DNA of 37,551 bases from a virus (lineage: Duplodnaviria > Caudoviricetes): positions 1 through 37,551 of IMG/VR virus record IMGVR_UViG_3300021425_000081; one strand, written 5' to 3'. The notes under the pieces were generated by a model. That model searched no databases, had not been told where the DNA came from, and saw only the letters and a list, made by a program, of their open reading frames with translations. Each line of letters starts with the position of its first letter. Position 1 is the stretch's first letter. The position numbers and the translations under genes are program-made. Positions 25,008 through 35,100 of this stretch are shown here, piece after piece.

Positions 25008-25931
25008 ATGGCAAATTCACCATTCGTAACTGACCAGGTCCGCACGCAGATCGCCCTGGCGTACCGCAACGAGGACTACATTGCTGACCTCGTTCTGCCA
25101 CGCGCTCCCGTAAGCGGCGAGGAATTCAAGTGGATCAAGTACAACAAGGATGACCGCTTCACTCTGCCCGATACCACGATCGACCGTAAAGGTTCGTTCA
25201 ACGAGGTGGAATTCGGCGGAACGGAAGAATCCGCAATGACCGTTGACTTCGGTCTGCAGGACGTCATTCCACAGAAAGACATCGACGCCGCTGCCGAGGT
25301 GGGTTTCGACCCCCAGGGCAACGCCGTAGAGATCCTCACCGACCTCATGATGTTGCACCGCGAAAAGCGCGTAGCCGACCTTACATTCACATCCGCGGCA
25401 CACAGCCTCAAAGAGACTTTGACCGGCACAGACCAGTGGAGCGACCCAGCATCGCGCCCACTCGTTCAGCTTTCAGACGCGATGGAGGTCCCCTTCATGC
25501 GTCCGAACTTCATGGTCATCGACTACACCGGCGCGTTGGCACTTCAGCGCAACCCAAGCGTCGTGAAGGCGTACAACGGCACATCCGGTGACGAAGGCAT
25601 GGTACCGCTGTCATGGATCGCTCAGACTTTGGGCCTTCAGGACATCGTAGTCGGCCGCGCAAAGATCAACTCAGCAAACCCAGGCCAGTCAGCAACCTAC
25701 GGCCGCGTTTGGGGCGACAACGCTTTGTTGATGTACAAGAACCCCTCTGCGATGCCAGATCGCGGCCTCACTTACGGCCTCACAGCCCAGTTTGGTCAGC
25801 GAATCAGCCAGAGCAAGCGGGACGACGACGTGGGCCTTCGTGGCGCCGTGATCCAGCGTGTAGGCGAGTCAGTCAAGGAGCTGATCCTCTCAGACGAGTG
25901 CGCTTACTTCATCGAAGACACCGTCGCCTAA
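25008..25931 (+). CDS. Major capsid protein
   Basis: AGGAG RBS; IALAYRN..YIAD.VLP, REKRVA, QWSD..S.P, RPN, VWG; position and downstream terminator. Confidence 0.88.
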   Translation: MANSPFVTDQVRTQIALAYRNEDYIADLVLPRAPVSGEEFKWIKYNKDDRFTLPDTTIDRKGSFNEVEFGGTEESAMTVDFGLQDVIPQKDIDAAAEVGFDPQGNAVEILTDLMMLHREKRVADLTFTSAAHSLKETLTGTDQWSDPASRPLVQLSDAMEVPFMRPNFMVIDYTGALALQRNPSVVKAYNGTSGDEGMVPLSWIAQTLGLQDIVVGRAKINSANPGQSATYGRVWGDNALLMYKNPSAMPDRGLTYGLTAQFGQRISQSKRDDDVGLRGAVIQRVGESVKELILSDECAYFIEDTVA

Positions 25932-25941
25932 AGACGGGTAG

Positions 25942-25969
25942 GGGGCACTACGGTGCCCCTTCTCTTTTT
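25942..25969 (+). terminator. Terminator after major capsid gene
   Basis: GGGGCAC-TACG-GTGCCCC (UNCG loop) then TTCTCTTTTT. Confidence 0.75.
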
Positions 25970-25980
25970 AGGAGGAAGAT

Positions 25981-26157
25981 ATGAAATACAAAGTAGTTTC
26001 ACCGGTTCGGATAGAGGGCCGGCTTTACCGCGTAGGCGAAACAGTGGAGTGCCCCGAAAGCCTCCTGGCTGGCGCCCAGCACTGCGTCGAGAAAATCGAC
26101 GCGCCCAAACCAGCACCCAAGCCACGAGCGAAAGCCAAAAGCAAGGCCGCTGAATGA
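25981..26157 (+). CDS. Small head-associated protein (58 aa, not in ORF track)
   Basis: AGGAGG RBS; MKYKVVSPVRIEGRLYRVGETVECPESLLAGAQHCVEKIDAPKPAPKPRAKAKSKAAE; ATGA overlap with the next gene. Confidence 0.75.
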   Translation: MKYKVVSPVRIEGRLYRVGETVECPESLLAGAQHCVEKIDAPKPAPKPRAKAKSKAAE

Positions 26158-26582
26158 CTTACAGCACCCAGCAGGACCTGGTCGACCGTTTCGGTTTAGC
26201 CGAATTAGAGCGGTACGCCTGGGACGACGACAACGACTCCCTGGACAGCACACAAATCCAGCGAGCCCTGGCGGACGCCAAAGCGGTAATTGACGTCTAC
26301 ATTAGCCAGGTCGTGGAGCTTCCCTTAACGGAAACCCCTGCCATTTTGGTTGCAATAAGCAGTGACCTCGCACGCATCCGGCTACAGGACGATGCCCCGC
26401 TCGATGAAGCCACAGCGCGACACAATCAAGCAATGTCGTTACTGAAGGACATGGCGAGTGGTAAAGCCGCCCTCCCGATACCGGAGAACCAGAACCCAGG
26501 CGGCGACGTCTACGCCCAACGCACAGCCGACGATCGAGTCTTTACCAACGAATCGCTCCAGGCATTCTCGTGGCCAAATTAG
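26154..26582 (+). CDS. Head-tail adaptor (Mu gp36/DUF1320-like)
   Basis: MTYST..DL..RFG..EL...ALADA...ID.Y...LPL...DLAR..L...A...LK.MASGK. Confidence 0.88.
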   Translation: MTYSTQQDLVDRFGLAELERYAWDDDNDSLDSTQIQRALADAKAVIDVYISQVVELPLTETPAILVAISSDLARIRLQDDAPLDEATARHNQAMSLLKDMASGKAALPIPENQNPGGDVYAQRTADDRVFTNESLQAFSWPN

Positions 26583-27049
26583 ACCTCCTTCTTGATATCA
26601 CCGAGGTCAACAAGGCAATCAACCAGGCGCTAGAAACCGAAAAGCGCGACCTCATGAAGGCGCTCGGCGCCGTGGTCAAAAGCGCCACGCTTATCAATTT
26701 CAAGAAAGAAACCAGCCCCGACGGGACACCCTGGATACCCAGCAAGCGAGCCCAAAAGGAAGGCGGCAAAACGCTCAGAGACACCGGCATCCTACGGAAC
26801 AGCATAAGCTACCAGGTGGTATCAGACACCGAGGTCCAGATAGGAACCAACGTCCCCTACGGCGCCATTCATCAATTCGGGTTCGACGGCATCATCGGCG
26901 TACCCGCACACACCAGGGCCGGCCATTCGGTCAAAGCCCACGACCGTAAGCTAGTGATGCCCGCCAGGCCGTTTATTGGCATCAACAACCAGGTCCTCAA
27001 GAACATCGACAAAGCCATCGAGCAGTGGTCACAGAAGATCACCAAGTAG
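26570..27049 (+). CDS. Virion morphogenesis/tail completion protein (Mu gpG, P2 gpS-like)
   Basis: F..ETSPDG.PW, L.DTG.L..SI, IGTNVPYGAIHQFG and MPARPFIG. Confidence 0.9.
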   Translation: MAKLDLLLDITEVNKAINQALETEKRDLMKALGAVVKSATLINFKKETSPDGTPWIPSKRAQKEGGKTLRDTGILRNSISYQVVSDTEVQIGTNVPYGAIHQFGFDGIIGVPAHTRAGHSVKAHDRKLVMPARPFIGINNQVLKNIDKAIEQWSQKITK

Positions 27050-27050
27050 C

Positions 27051-27095
27051 GCGGAAGTTTCCCATGGTGAAAGTGAAGCCCTGGAAACATTCAAT
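27051..27095 (+). promoter_or_regulatory. Putative activator-dependent late promoter (tail genes)
   Basis: GCGGAAGTTTCCCA in the only intergenic gap of the neck region; TTCAAT at +39. Confidence 0.55.
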
Positions 27096-27116
27096 AGCGA
27101 AAAGGGAAGGTAACGA

Positions 27117-27566
27117 ATGGCATCGATCGATTCGGCATTGACAACCGTTACTCAGGGAATCCAAGCCGCGCTGCCAGACATAGACGTCGCCGAGCATCCT
27201 GGCCGATTCACCGAGGACGAGCTAGGACGAACCCTGACCAAAAAGCAGGCGGTGCGCGTGGCGATAGAGCGCATCAACAGCTTCGAGGCCCAGGGGAACG
27301 GTGTCGTAAACGCAGAAATTCAGTTTGCCGCGTTCGTTATCTGTAGTGACAAAAAGGGCGAGGACCGGCACCAGACGGCACTTGTCTTAATTGAGCAACT
27401 AGCAGGATTGGTAACTTTTGCGCGATGGAACAAGCCCGACACATTCAGAGCCGCCAACCCTGCCGATATTGCAATCGACAATCTTTACAGCGGCCCCCTG
27501 AGCAACGGGAAGGGCATCGCAATGTGGGTTGTCACATGGAACCAGCAAATCCGGTCAACTAACTAG
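27117..27566 (+). CDS. Tail terminator-like protein (Mu gp37-like)
   Basis: HPGRF...EL...AVRVA...NLYS....G.AMW.V.W.Q; directly before the tube gene. Confidence 0.72.
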   Translation: MASIDSALTTVTQGIQAALPDIDVAEHPGRFTEDELGRTLTKKQAVRVAIERINSFEAQGNGVVNAEIQFAAFVICSDKKGEDRHQTALVLIEQLAGLVTFARWNKPDTFRAANPADIAIDNLYSGPLSNGKGIAMWVVTWNQQIRSTN

Positions 27567-27577
27567 GAGCAAAACCA

Positions 27578-28327
27578 ATGGCAACCACAGACAGAAGCTA
27601 CATCGGCAAAGGTCCGGTCTACTTTAAAGTGAAGGGCGCTACCGGCGGCATGCAAGCCATCGGTAACTGCTCGAACCTTGAGGTGTCGTTTGAGGAAGAA
27701 TCAGTAACGCTTTCCGACTACACCACAGCGTCAGGCGGCAACCGCAACTCAGTATCACGAGTAAGCACGGTCACCGGCGCAGTCACCATGCACGACTTCA
27801 GCGCAGACAACCTGGCGCTGGCTTTGCGTGGCGCAAAAAGCACTGAAACAGCAGGCGCGGTCACCGACGAGCTACACAGCACAGCGGGTACAGCGGGCGA
27901 GTTTATCCCGTTCGACTTCATCCGCGACCCCGATGTTGCACCCGTTGTCACAAGCCAGGACGGCCTGACCACTTACGATGCGGGCACCGACTACGACGTC
28001 GAGAACAACGGCATCGTGATCACCAGCGGATCAGGCATCGGTAACGGCGGCGTATCGGTCGACTACACCAAAGATATCAGCGAGACCATGGAGGCGCTCA
28101 CAGACGCAGGCCAGGAGTACGAAATCTACTTCAACGGCCTCAACGAAGCGCAAAGCGGAAGCCTCGTAGAGATCCGCATGTACCGCGTGAAATTCAGCCC
28201 AGCCCAGGGCCTGTCATTCATCGGCGACGAATTCGGCGAGCTTTCAGTCGACTTCGAGATCCTTTCCGACTCCAGCAAGACCGGAGCAGGCATCTCCAAG
28301 TTTATGAAGGTAGCGCAAGCCGTCTAA
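27578..28327 (+). CDS. Major tail (tube) protein, non-contractile tail
   Basis: YIGKG.VY...IGNCS.L...NLALAL...F.GLNEA...RVKFSPA..LSFIGDEF; no sheath gene present. Confidence 0.85.
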   Translation: MATTDRSYIGKGPVYFKVKGATGGMQAIGNCSNLEVSFEEESVTLSDYTTASGGNRNSVSRVSTVTGAVTMHDFSADNLALALRGAKSTETAGAVTDELHSTAGTAGEFIPFDFIRDPDVAPVVTSQDGLTTYDAGTDYDVENNGIVITSGSGIGNGGVSVDYTKDISETMEALTDAGQEYEIYFNGLNEAQSGSLVEIRMYRVKFSPAQGLSFIGDEFGELSVDFEILSDSSKTGAGISKFMKVAQAV

Positions 28328-28368
28328 GACAGACCCCACACCCAGGGCCGGCCCAGCCGGACACGATC

Positions 28369-28396
28369 AGGGCGGCTTAATGTCGCCCTTTTTTTT
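28369..28396 (+). terminator. Rho-independent terminator between tube and tape measure genes
   Basis: AGGGCGGC-ttaat-GTCGCCCT followed by a T run. Confidence 0.8.
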
Positions 28397-28407
28397 AGGG
28401 ATACAAA

Positions 28408-31400
28408 ATGGCAATCAAAGATAGCGTCCTCAATGTCGTCATCAAGGCGCAGGACGAGGCAACCGATACCCTCACCAAATTTAAGGCCCAAATCGTAGCC
28501 CTCGACAGGGCCGCTAACGACGCCGCTGGCGACGGCCTGGAGAAAGTAGAGCGAGACATCCAGGGAATCGATAGAGCCGCCCAGAAAGCCGCCAGTGGCC
28601 CCCTGGACGCAGTAGCGGACGACATCGACGACGTAGGCGACGAGGCAAACAAGGCCGCGCCTAAATTAGCCAAATTCGGCGAGCGACAGCGCACCCTTTA
28701 CGAAAAGCTCCGCCTCCAGGCACTACAACAGCCAGGCCGCAAGGTAGCCAAGGACATACGCACCAGCGAGGTGGCCGCTACCCAAGCCGGCCTCAGCTTT
28801 GGCAACCTGGCACGCAAGGTCGGTGGTCTCATTGCCGCATACGCCGGCTTTGAGGCCGTCCGCCGAACGGTCGGAAGCATTATCCAGACCGGCGACCAAT
28901 TCGAGAAGCTAGGCATTCAGCTAGAAGCCGTCGAGGGATCGGCCAAGGGCGCCAGGGACGCGCTTAATTTTGTCGAGGAATTTACCAAGAAGACCCCGCT
29001 ACAGCTGGAGCAGGTCACCGAGGCGTACACCAAGCTCCGCAACTTTGGCATCGACCCCACCAACGGGACCCTTCAAGCACTCGTCGACCAAAACGAAAAG
29101 CTAGGCGGTGGATACGAGCGACTCAACGGATTAATCCTGGCGGTCGGCCAGGCATGGGGTAAATCGAAACTCCAGGGCGAAGAAATACTCCAGCTGATCG
29201 AGCGCGGTGTACCCGTGTGGCAGTTATTGGAGGAAGCCACAGGCAAGAATGTCCAGGAGCTTCAGAAACTTTCGGCTGCGGGCAAGCTAGGCCGCAACGA
29301 GATCAAGCTACTGATCGACCAGATCGGCGCGTCAGCCAGCGGGGCCGCGGTCGCCAACATGGCGACATTTTCGGGATTGGTCAGCAACCTCCGCGACTCC
29401 TGGGCTCAATTTGCCAACACCGTCGCCGAAGCCGGCGTGCTCGACTACATCAAGCGCAACCTGAAGGACGTCTCCGACGCGATCAAGCGACTCAGCGCCA
29501 GCGGCCAGCTAGACGCATTCGCCAAGTCACTGAGCGACGCCATGATCGTCGCCGGCGAGGCATTGAAAGGCGTAGTCCAGGGCATCGGTTTCGCCATACA
29601 GAACAGCAAGCTCCTGTTCCAGCTGTGGGCCGCGTTTAAGTTTGCCGCCATAGCCACACGCCTCGGAGCCGTAACGGCCGGTATGACGGCGTACAGCGCC
29701 GCTACGCGGGTCGCCATAGGGGTCACTAACCTATTCAAAACCGCGCTCCGAGCGATCCCATTTTTTGCCCTGACCGAAGCCATCCTCACGGTCGGCGACG
29801 CAATACGCCAATACATCCTGGCGAGCAACGACCTCAAGGCATCCCAGGAAGGGCTGGCAACGGTCACCGATGAAGCGGCCAAGCGCATAGCGCAATACAA
29901 CGAGCAAACCGGCGAGAGCGTCCAGACCCTGGATGAACTGCTCGCCCTGGTCGACTCAGGCCAAGCGATATTTGATGCGGCCAATCAGCGATGGATTACC
30001 GGCGCCGCGGCTGTCGAGCAATTCAAAAACAGCACCGGCGTAGCAACCGAGGAACAGGTCAAGCTCACCGGCGCCCTTTACGACGGCGTCGATGCGTTCA
30101 AGGCGGCACAGGGCGAAGCAGAGACCACGGCCGAAGCGCTCGAGGCGGTATTCGACAATTACGACCTCAACGTCGCTGACGACGTCTTCTTTTTAGCAAA
30201 CACGCTCCAAAAGCTATCGGAGCAGGGCGAAGTTACCGCCCAGGACTTGCAGGAATCGCTAGGCACTGCCCTGGAAGATTTGAGCGTCACCGAACTGAAC
30301 ACGTTTGTCGCCAACGCCACGCGGGCCTTCAAGCTAGGCGCCATCGAGGCCGAGACATTCGCCAATGTGATCGACACCGCGGTCGGTGGCGCCCTGGAGG
30401 ATCTAGGCGTCGACCTCACCCTGGCGGAAACGGGCATAGGTGACCTGGCGACCACCGCCATCCAGCAATTCCAACTCGTTGTCCAATCAATACAGCAGAC
30501 CGGCGACACCGCCGAGGTGGCATCGAAAAAGGTCTCTGCTGCCTTCACCCAGGCGCTGGCAACAATCAACACCAACGCGGGATTCGACGAGCTAAAGCGC
30601 AACCTGGTCCAAGCGGCCGAGGCAGGCGTTATCAGCACCGCCGAGTACAACAAAAAGCTCAAGGAACTGATCGAGGCGCAAAAGGCATTTAACGAAACCA
30701 CAAAGGCCACGACGGCGAGCGCCAAAGAGCTAAAGAAAACGGTCGATGAGATCGACGCCAGCAAGCTCGATGACGTCACCGACGCCGCCGCACCGGCCGG
30801 CTCAGTCATTGGCACTGTTGCGACCGCTGCCAACCAGGTCAACCGCGAGATGGCCGAACTGGGACCGAAAGCCCAGGCGGCGTTTGCAGATATGCTCGGG
30901 GTGGCCCACCTGGCAACTCAGGCGGTCAACGACCTGGACAGCGCACTCGCGCAGGCCCAAACAAACCTCGCTGCATTGACTGAATACAGGGTCAGCCAGG
31001 ACATCACAGGTATCGGCAACAAGCTCAACGAGATGGCCCAGGCGGGCGAGCGGGTAAAGATCGCGTTTTACAGCCAGGCGATCGCGGTCCGAAACCTCCA
31101 ACAAGCGTACCAGGCAGGCACGATCGAGCTTAACGACTTTATTTACCAGGCAGAGCGAGCGATTGATAACGCATACCTGCTCGACAACCAGCAACTCAAC
31201 GGCCTTCGGTCCGCCATCATTGCCGCACGCCGCGAGATGGAAGCCTTCGCAGATTCGACCGAGGACACGTTAACCAGGCTCCAGAACCGCCTGGATCGCC
31301 TCAATGACGACACCGCGGCCATCGTCGAGCGCGAGTACCTTCGCGACATCGCCAAGCTAGAGGCCGAACTGGCCCAGGCACGCGCCAACAGGGACGAGGA

Positions 31401-31737
31401 ATCGATACGCAACCTCACCGAGGCGCTACGCATCCGCCGAGAAATCTACAACCTCGAAAAGGAAGCGGCAAGGGAGGCAGACCGAAACCGCAAAGAGCGG
31501 GACAGGGAACTCGACCGCGAGAAAAAGGACAGAAGGGACCCACCGAAAAAACCACCACGCGACCCCTTAGAGGATATTTTCTCAGGTAACAGCGGCGGCA
31601 ATTCAGGTTCAAATCGCACGGTAACGCTCAATTTGTCAGTCGGCGGCGGCCCCATCGGATCGCTAACCAATGTCGACCAGGACGAGTTAGAGCGATTGAT
31701 CGAAGCCCTCGAACGAGCAGGGCTGACGGGAGGTTAA
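28408..31737 (+). CDS. Tape measure protein
   Basis: 1109 aa, Ala-rich helical; TPLQLEQV...L.NFG.DP...GQAWGKSKLQGEEILQLIERGVPVW..L...TFSGLVSNL.D tape-measure N-terminal domain. Confidence 0.95.
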   Translation: MAIKDSVLNVVIKAQDEATDTLTKFKAQIVALDRAANDAAGDGLEKVERDIQGIDRAAQKAASGPLDAVADDIDDVGDEANKAAPKLAKFGERQRTLYEKLRLQALQQPGRKVAKDIRTSEVAATQAGLSFGNLARKVGGLIAAYAGFEAVRRTVGSIIQTGDQFEKLGIQLEAVEGSAKGARDALNFVEEFTKKTPLQLEQVTEAYTKLRNFGIDPTNGTLQALVDQNEKLGGGYERLNGLILAVGQAWGKSKLQGEEILQLIERGVPVWQLLEEATGKNVQELQKLSAAGKLGRNEIKLLIDQIGASASGAAVANMATFSGLVSNLRDSWAQFANTVAEAGVLDYIKRNLKDVSDAIKRLSASGQLDAFAKSLSDAMIVAGEALKGVVQGIGFAIQNSKLLFQLWAAFKFAAIATRLGAVTAGMTAYSAATRVAIGVTNLFKTALRAIPFFALTEAILTVGDAIRQYILASNDLKASQEGLATVTDEAAKRIAQYNEQTGESVQTLDELLALVDSGQAIFDAANQRWITGAAAVEQFKNSTGVATEEQVKLTGALYDGVDAFKAAQGEAETTAEALEAVFDNYDLNVADDVFFLANTLQKLSEQGEVTAQDLQESLGTALEDLSVTELNTFVANATRAFKLGAIEAETFANVIDTAVGGALEDLGVDLTLAETGIGDLATTAIQQFQLVVQSIQQTGDTAEVASKKVSAAFTQALATINTNAGFDELKRNLVQAAEAGVISTAEYNKKLKELIEAQKAFNETTKATTASAKELKKTVDEIDASKLDDVTDAAAPAGSVIGTVATAANQVNREMAELGPKAQAAFADMLGVAHLATQAVNDLDSALAQAQTNLAALTEYRVSQDITGIGNKLNEMAQAGERVKIAFYSQAIAVRNLQQAYQAGTIELNDFIYQAERAIDNAYLLDNQQLNGLRSAIIAARREMEAFADSTEDTLTRLQNRLDRLNDDTAAIVEREYLRDIAKLEAELAQARANRDEESIRNLTEALRIRREIYNLEKEAAREADRNRKERDRELDREKKDRRDPPKKPPRDPLEDIFSGNSGGNSGSNRTVTLNLSVGGGPIGSLTNVDQDELERLIEALERAGLTGG

Positions 31738-32127
31738 ATGGCGATCACGCTAGAAGGCATCCCGCTACCAGACGACATCCAGTGGGTGGATAAATACCAG
31801 GGTTTCGGCGTAGGCCAGACCATCACAAGAACCCTCACCGGCGCACTTGTAGTCGAGGAAGCGGCACAAACAACCGGACGACGCATCACCCTGGCATCGA
31901 ACGGCGCCGCGTGGGTTCAGAAAAGCGTAGTCGAGCAACTAAACACCCTGGCCGCAACGCCACTCAACGGAAGCACGCTCACCCTCAATTGGGAGGGCGA
32001 CACGTATGCCGTTGTTTTTGATAGAGAAAATGGTGGTTTTGGGGCCCAGGAAGTCCTGCGATTGGCCGAAGGCGCCCAGGACAACACACACAACTACGTG
32101 ATCGAAATCAATCTGATCACGGCGTAA
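31738..32127 (+). CDS. Distal tail protein-like
   Basis: ITL..I.LPDD.QW.D...RTLTGALVV...GR.ITL; directly after the tape measure gene. Confidence 0.7.
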   Translation: MAITLEGIPLPDDIQWVDKYQGFGVGQTITRTLTGALVVEEAAQTTGRRITLASNGAAWVQKSVVEQLNTLAATPLNGSTLTLNWEGDTYAVVFDRENGGFGAQEVLRLAEGAQDNTHNYVIEINLITA

Positions 32128-32137
32128 GGACACGACG

Positions 32138-35100
32138 ATGCCAATAGGAAAAGACAACCTCAAGCTCATGAAGTCGCAACGCATGACCGACAACGACGAC
32201 GGCGGCGGCAGAATCACGGGCACTCAAATCATCGACAACGTGTCGAACGAGATATTCGACGACATTACCGACCTCGATCGAGTAACCGGCAACGTCAGCC
32301 TTCGCAAGATTTACCCATGGGTGGACACCACGGACACGGATGGCTACTTCGGCGCCAACATCATCCTGGCTAACACGCCAGACGACGAATATGTCGATAT
32401 CACCATGATGAAAACCGGCGATTTCGACGACGAGCGAGCCCAGGCCCAGGAAAAAATCGAGCGCTACCTGGTTAAAGCCAATCAGTCCGACTACGGCCTT
32501 TTAGGTAACCATTTCCAGGGACAGCGATCACTCAACTGGTTCGCCATTGAACAACGCCTACCGCCCAGCCCAGGCGAGACCTACACGCTGGAAAACGCGG
32601 CCGGCACACAGCAAGAGTACGTGCGGCTCGTTGACGTTGACGCGGAGCTGACCACCTTCGTCAAATTTGACGTGAACGGCAACCTCAAGGAATTCCAGGC
32701 GTGGAACATCGTCGCCGAAATTAGCGCTCCGATCGTGTACGACTACATCGGTGGCGACGCTGAAGAAGACGGCGTCACAAAGCAGGCCAGCGAAGACGAA
32801 GAACCAGCGCCGATTTTCAACACCCAGGTCGCAGACGCGGCGCGTTACTACGGCATTAAGCCGCTGACACAGCCGGCCAGCATTGGCGACACCAAGGTAT
32901 ACGTCGACAGCCTATTCTCGAGCATCGTACCCGCAGGCCAGGCAGAGCAACCCTTGGTCGACGAAAACGCTGCCGTCGCTCGGGTGATAAACAGACCGAT
33001 CACAGCACAGCCCCTAACAGCCAACAACGAGACCTGGTCGAACACCGGCGACTCATTCGCCAAGTCAATATATCTGCCGACAGCAATAGTGCCAGGCACG
33101 CTTACCATTACGATGCTAGGCGGTGGAGGCGGCACCTCAACACACCAGGACGTCGCAAAGAACGGCACGCTGACCAGGACAGCCGGCACGGCGTACCAGG
33201 ACAACATGACTGTCGATTACGACACCGGCATCGTTACAGCAACCGCTGCATTCAGCGGCGGCGGCCCCCAGGCCATCAACTACAGCTACACACCAGGCGA
33301 AAAGGTATCGTCGACCATCGTTTCCGACCTGGAATACGTGACAGCCGTCACCCGCGGCTTTAACTACTCGAAATCATTTCCGGCAGACACGCCAGCACCA
33401 GGCTCGCTCGTCGTCGCCTATATGGTATTTGGCGAGTGGTACGAACTGACCGACGACGGCTACGGACAGATTACAGGCGCAGGATCGGGCACCGTCAACT
33501 ACGAGACCGGCACGATCCAGGTCACGCTTCAGGAGCTACCCGACGTCGACAGCTACATCATTTATCAGTTTGTCCCCGAGGACCCAGGCGCCATCGCCGA
33601 CCTGACCGGCACCCAAACAAGCCCGCTCTTTTACAACCTGCAGACCGCCAACGAAGACAAGATCAATCCAGGATCGGTGGTGGTGACATACACGTCGGGC
33701 GCGACTCAGTACACGGCTGACGACAGCGACCTCGTCAACAACGACGCAACGCTTGCCGGCGACGGCTCAGGCACGATCGACTACACCGGCGGCACGGTCA
33801 CATTCACGCCAGACCGCATCCCCGATCCAGGCACAGACATACAGCTGGACTACGAGACAAGCACGTACGACAGCACGACGATCCTCAACGCTAACATCGT
33901 CAAAAAGACGGCTCAGACCGGTACGGTGCCGGCCGGCACAGGCATCACGCATTTATCAATAATTTACACCTCGACCTATACGCTCCCCGTTAACGCGGTC
34001 GGCGACGAAAACACCATCACGCAAAAAATACTGATCGCAAGCGACGGCGCGGGCGGGCTTAGATACAAACTTTTGGACCAAGGCGGAACCTGGATTGCGC
34101 TGCCGAACTCAACCTTTGACCTCAGCACCGGCGCGTACTCGATTCAGTGGCCGATCTACCAAATCGAATACCGAAAGTACGGGTTTGGCGGAATCTTCAC
34201 CGAGACAAAAAACCTGCGCCTGTGGCCAAACGACCCCAACACTGACCTCGAAATTCGCACACGTTTTAACGATGCATCGACCGCATCGGCAACCCCAGTG
34301 ACAGCGCAAACTAGCTCGGTACAAATGACGCTACCCGTCAGCAACATCCAAGGGCTTTTAAGAGGAAGTCTGGTATTTGATTGGCTCGATAACCGCTACT
34401 ACGACGACGGCCAGGGCAACCTTCTCGTCAACTACGACCATAGCGACGGCACATCGACGATCGCAGGCGGCATCAACTACGGCACCGGCCAGGTCAGCAT
34501 CAACAGCTTCAGCCAGGTAGGCGGACTGCAAACCGACCTGGTGGTGGTCGCGGCCGGCGGCATTCGCAGGATTCGGCGCGTAGACCAACTGATATTTAGG
34601 ACGCTGGGCGCACCGATTAGGCCGCAGAGCTTCCAGATTTCAGCTGTGTCGCTCGACGAAGACGTGCCCAATCCAGTGGCATCAATCCAGGCGGACGCAG
34701 ACGGTAACTTTGATACAGGCGACGACGCGATCGTAGGCACGATCAACTACGAGACCGGCGTGGTTTCCGCCACGTTTGACCCCGACGTCGACCCGTTTCA
34801 GATCCTTTACAACGCGGTCCAGCTGGTGTTTTTGCCGCTCGACCCCGAGATCGTGGGCCTCGACCCCGTGCGATTACCCCAGGACGGCCGCATCCCGATC
34901 TACCGAACCGGCGACATCGTGGTGGTTCACAACGAAAAAACGACCGAGGTGGCAACACCCACAGCCAACGACGTGATCGACGCGGGTAGGGCTCGACTGG
35001 CCGAGGTCAGAATTTACGACGCCAACGGCGATATCGTGCCGGCAACCCAATACACCGAAGACCTGGACGCCGGCACCGTCACGCTGGCAGACCCGATCGA

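Noticed and set aside
25953-26153. 66-aa ORF in the track after the capsid gene
   Set aside because: Starts inside the terminator hairpin; the other frame 25981-26157 has AGGAGG and an ATGA overlap.
28388-28400. T run as a programmed frameshift site for a tail chaperone
   Set aside because: It lies after the tube stop codon, in no ORF, and is explained as the terminator U tract.
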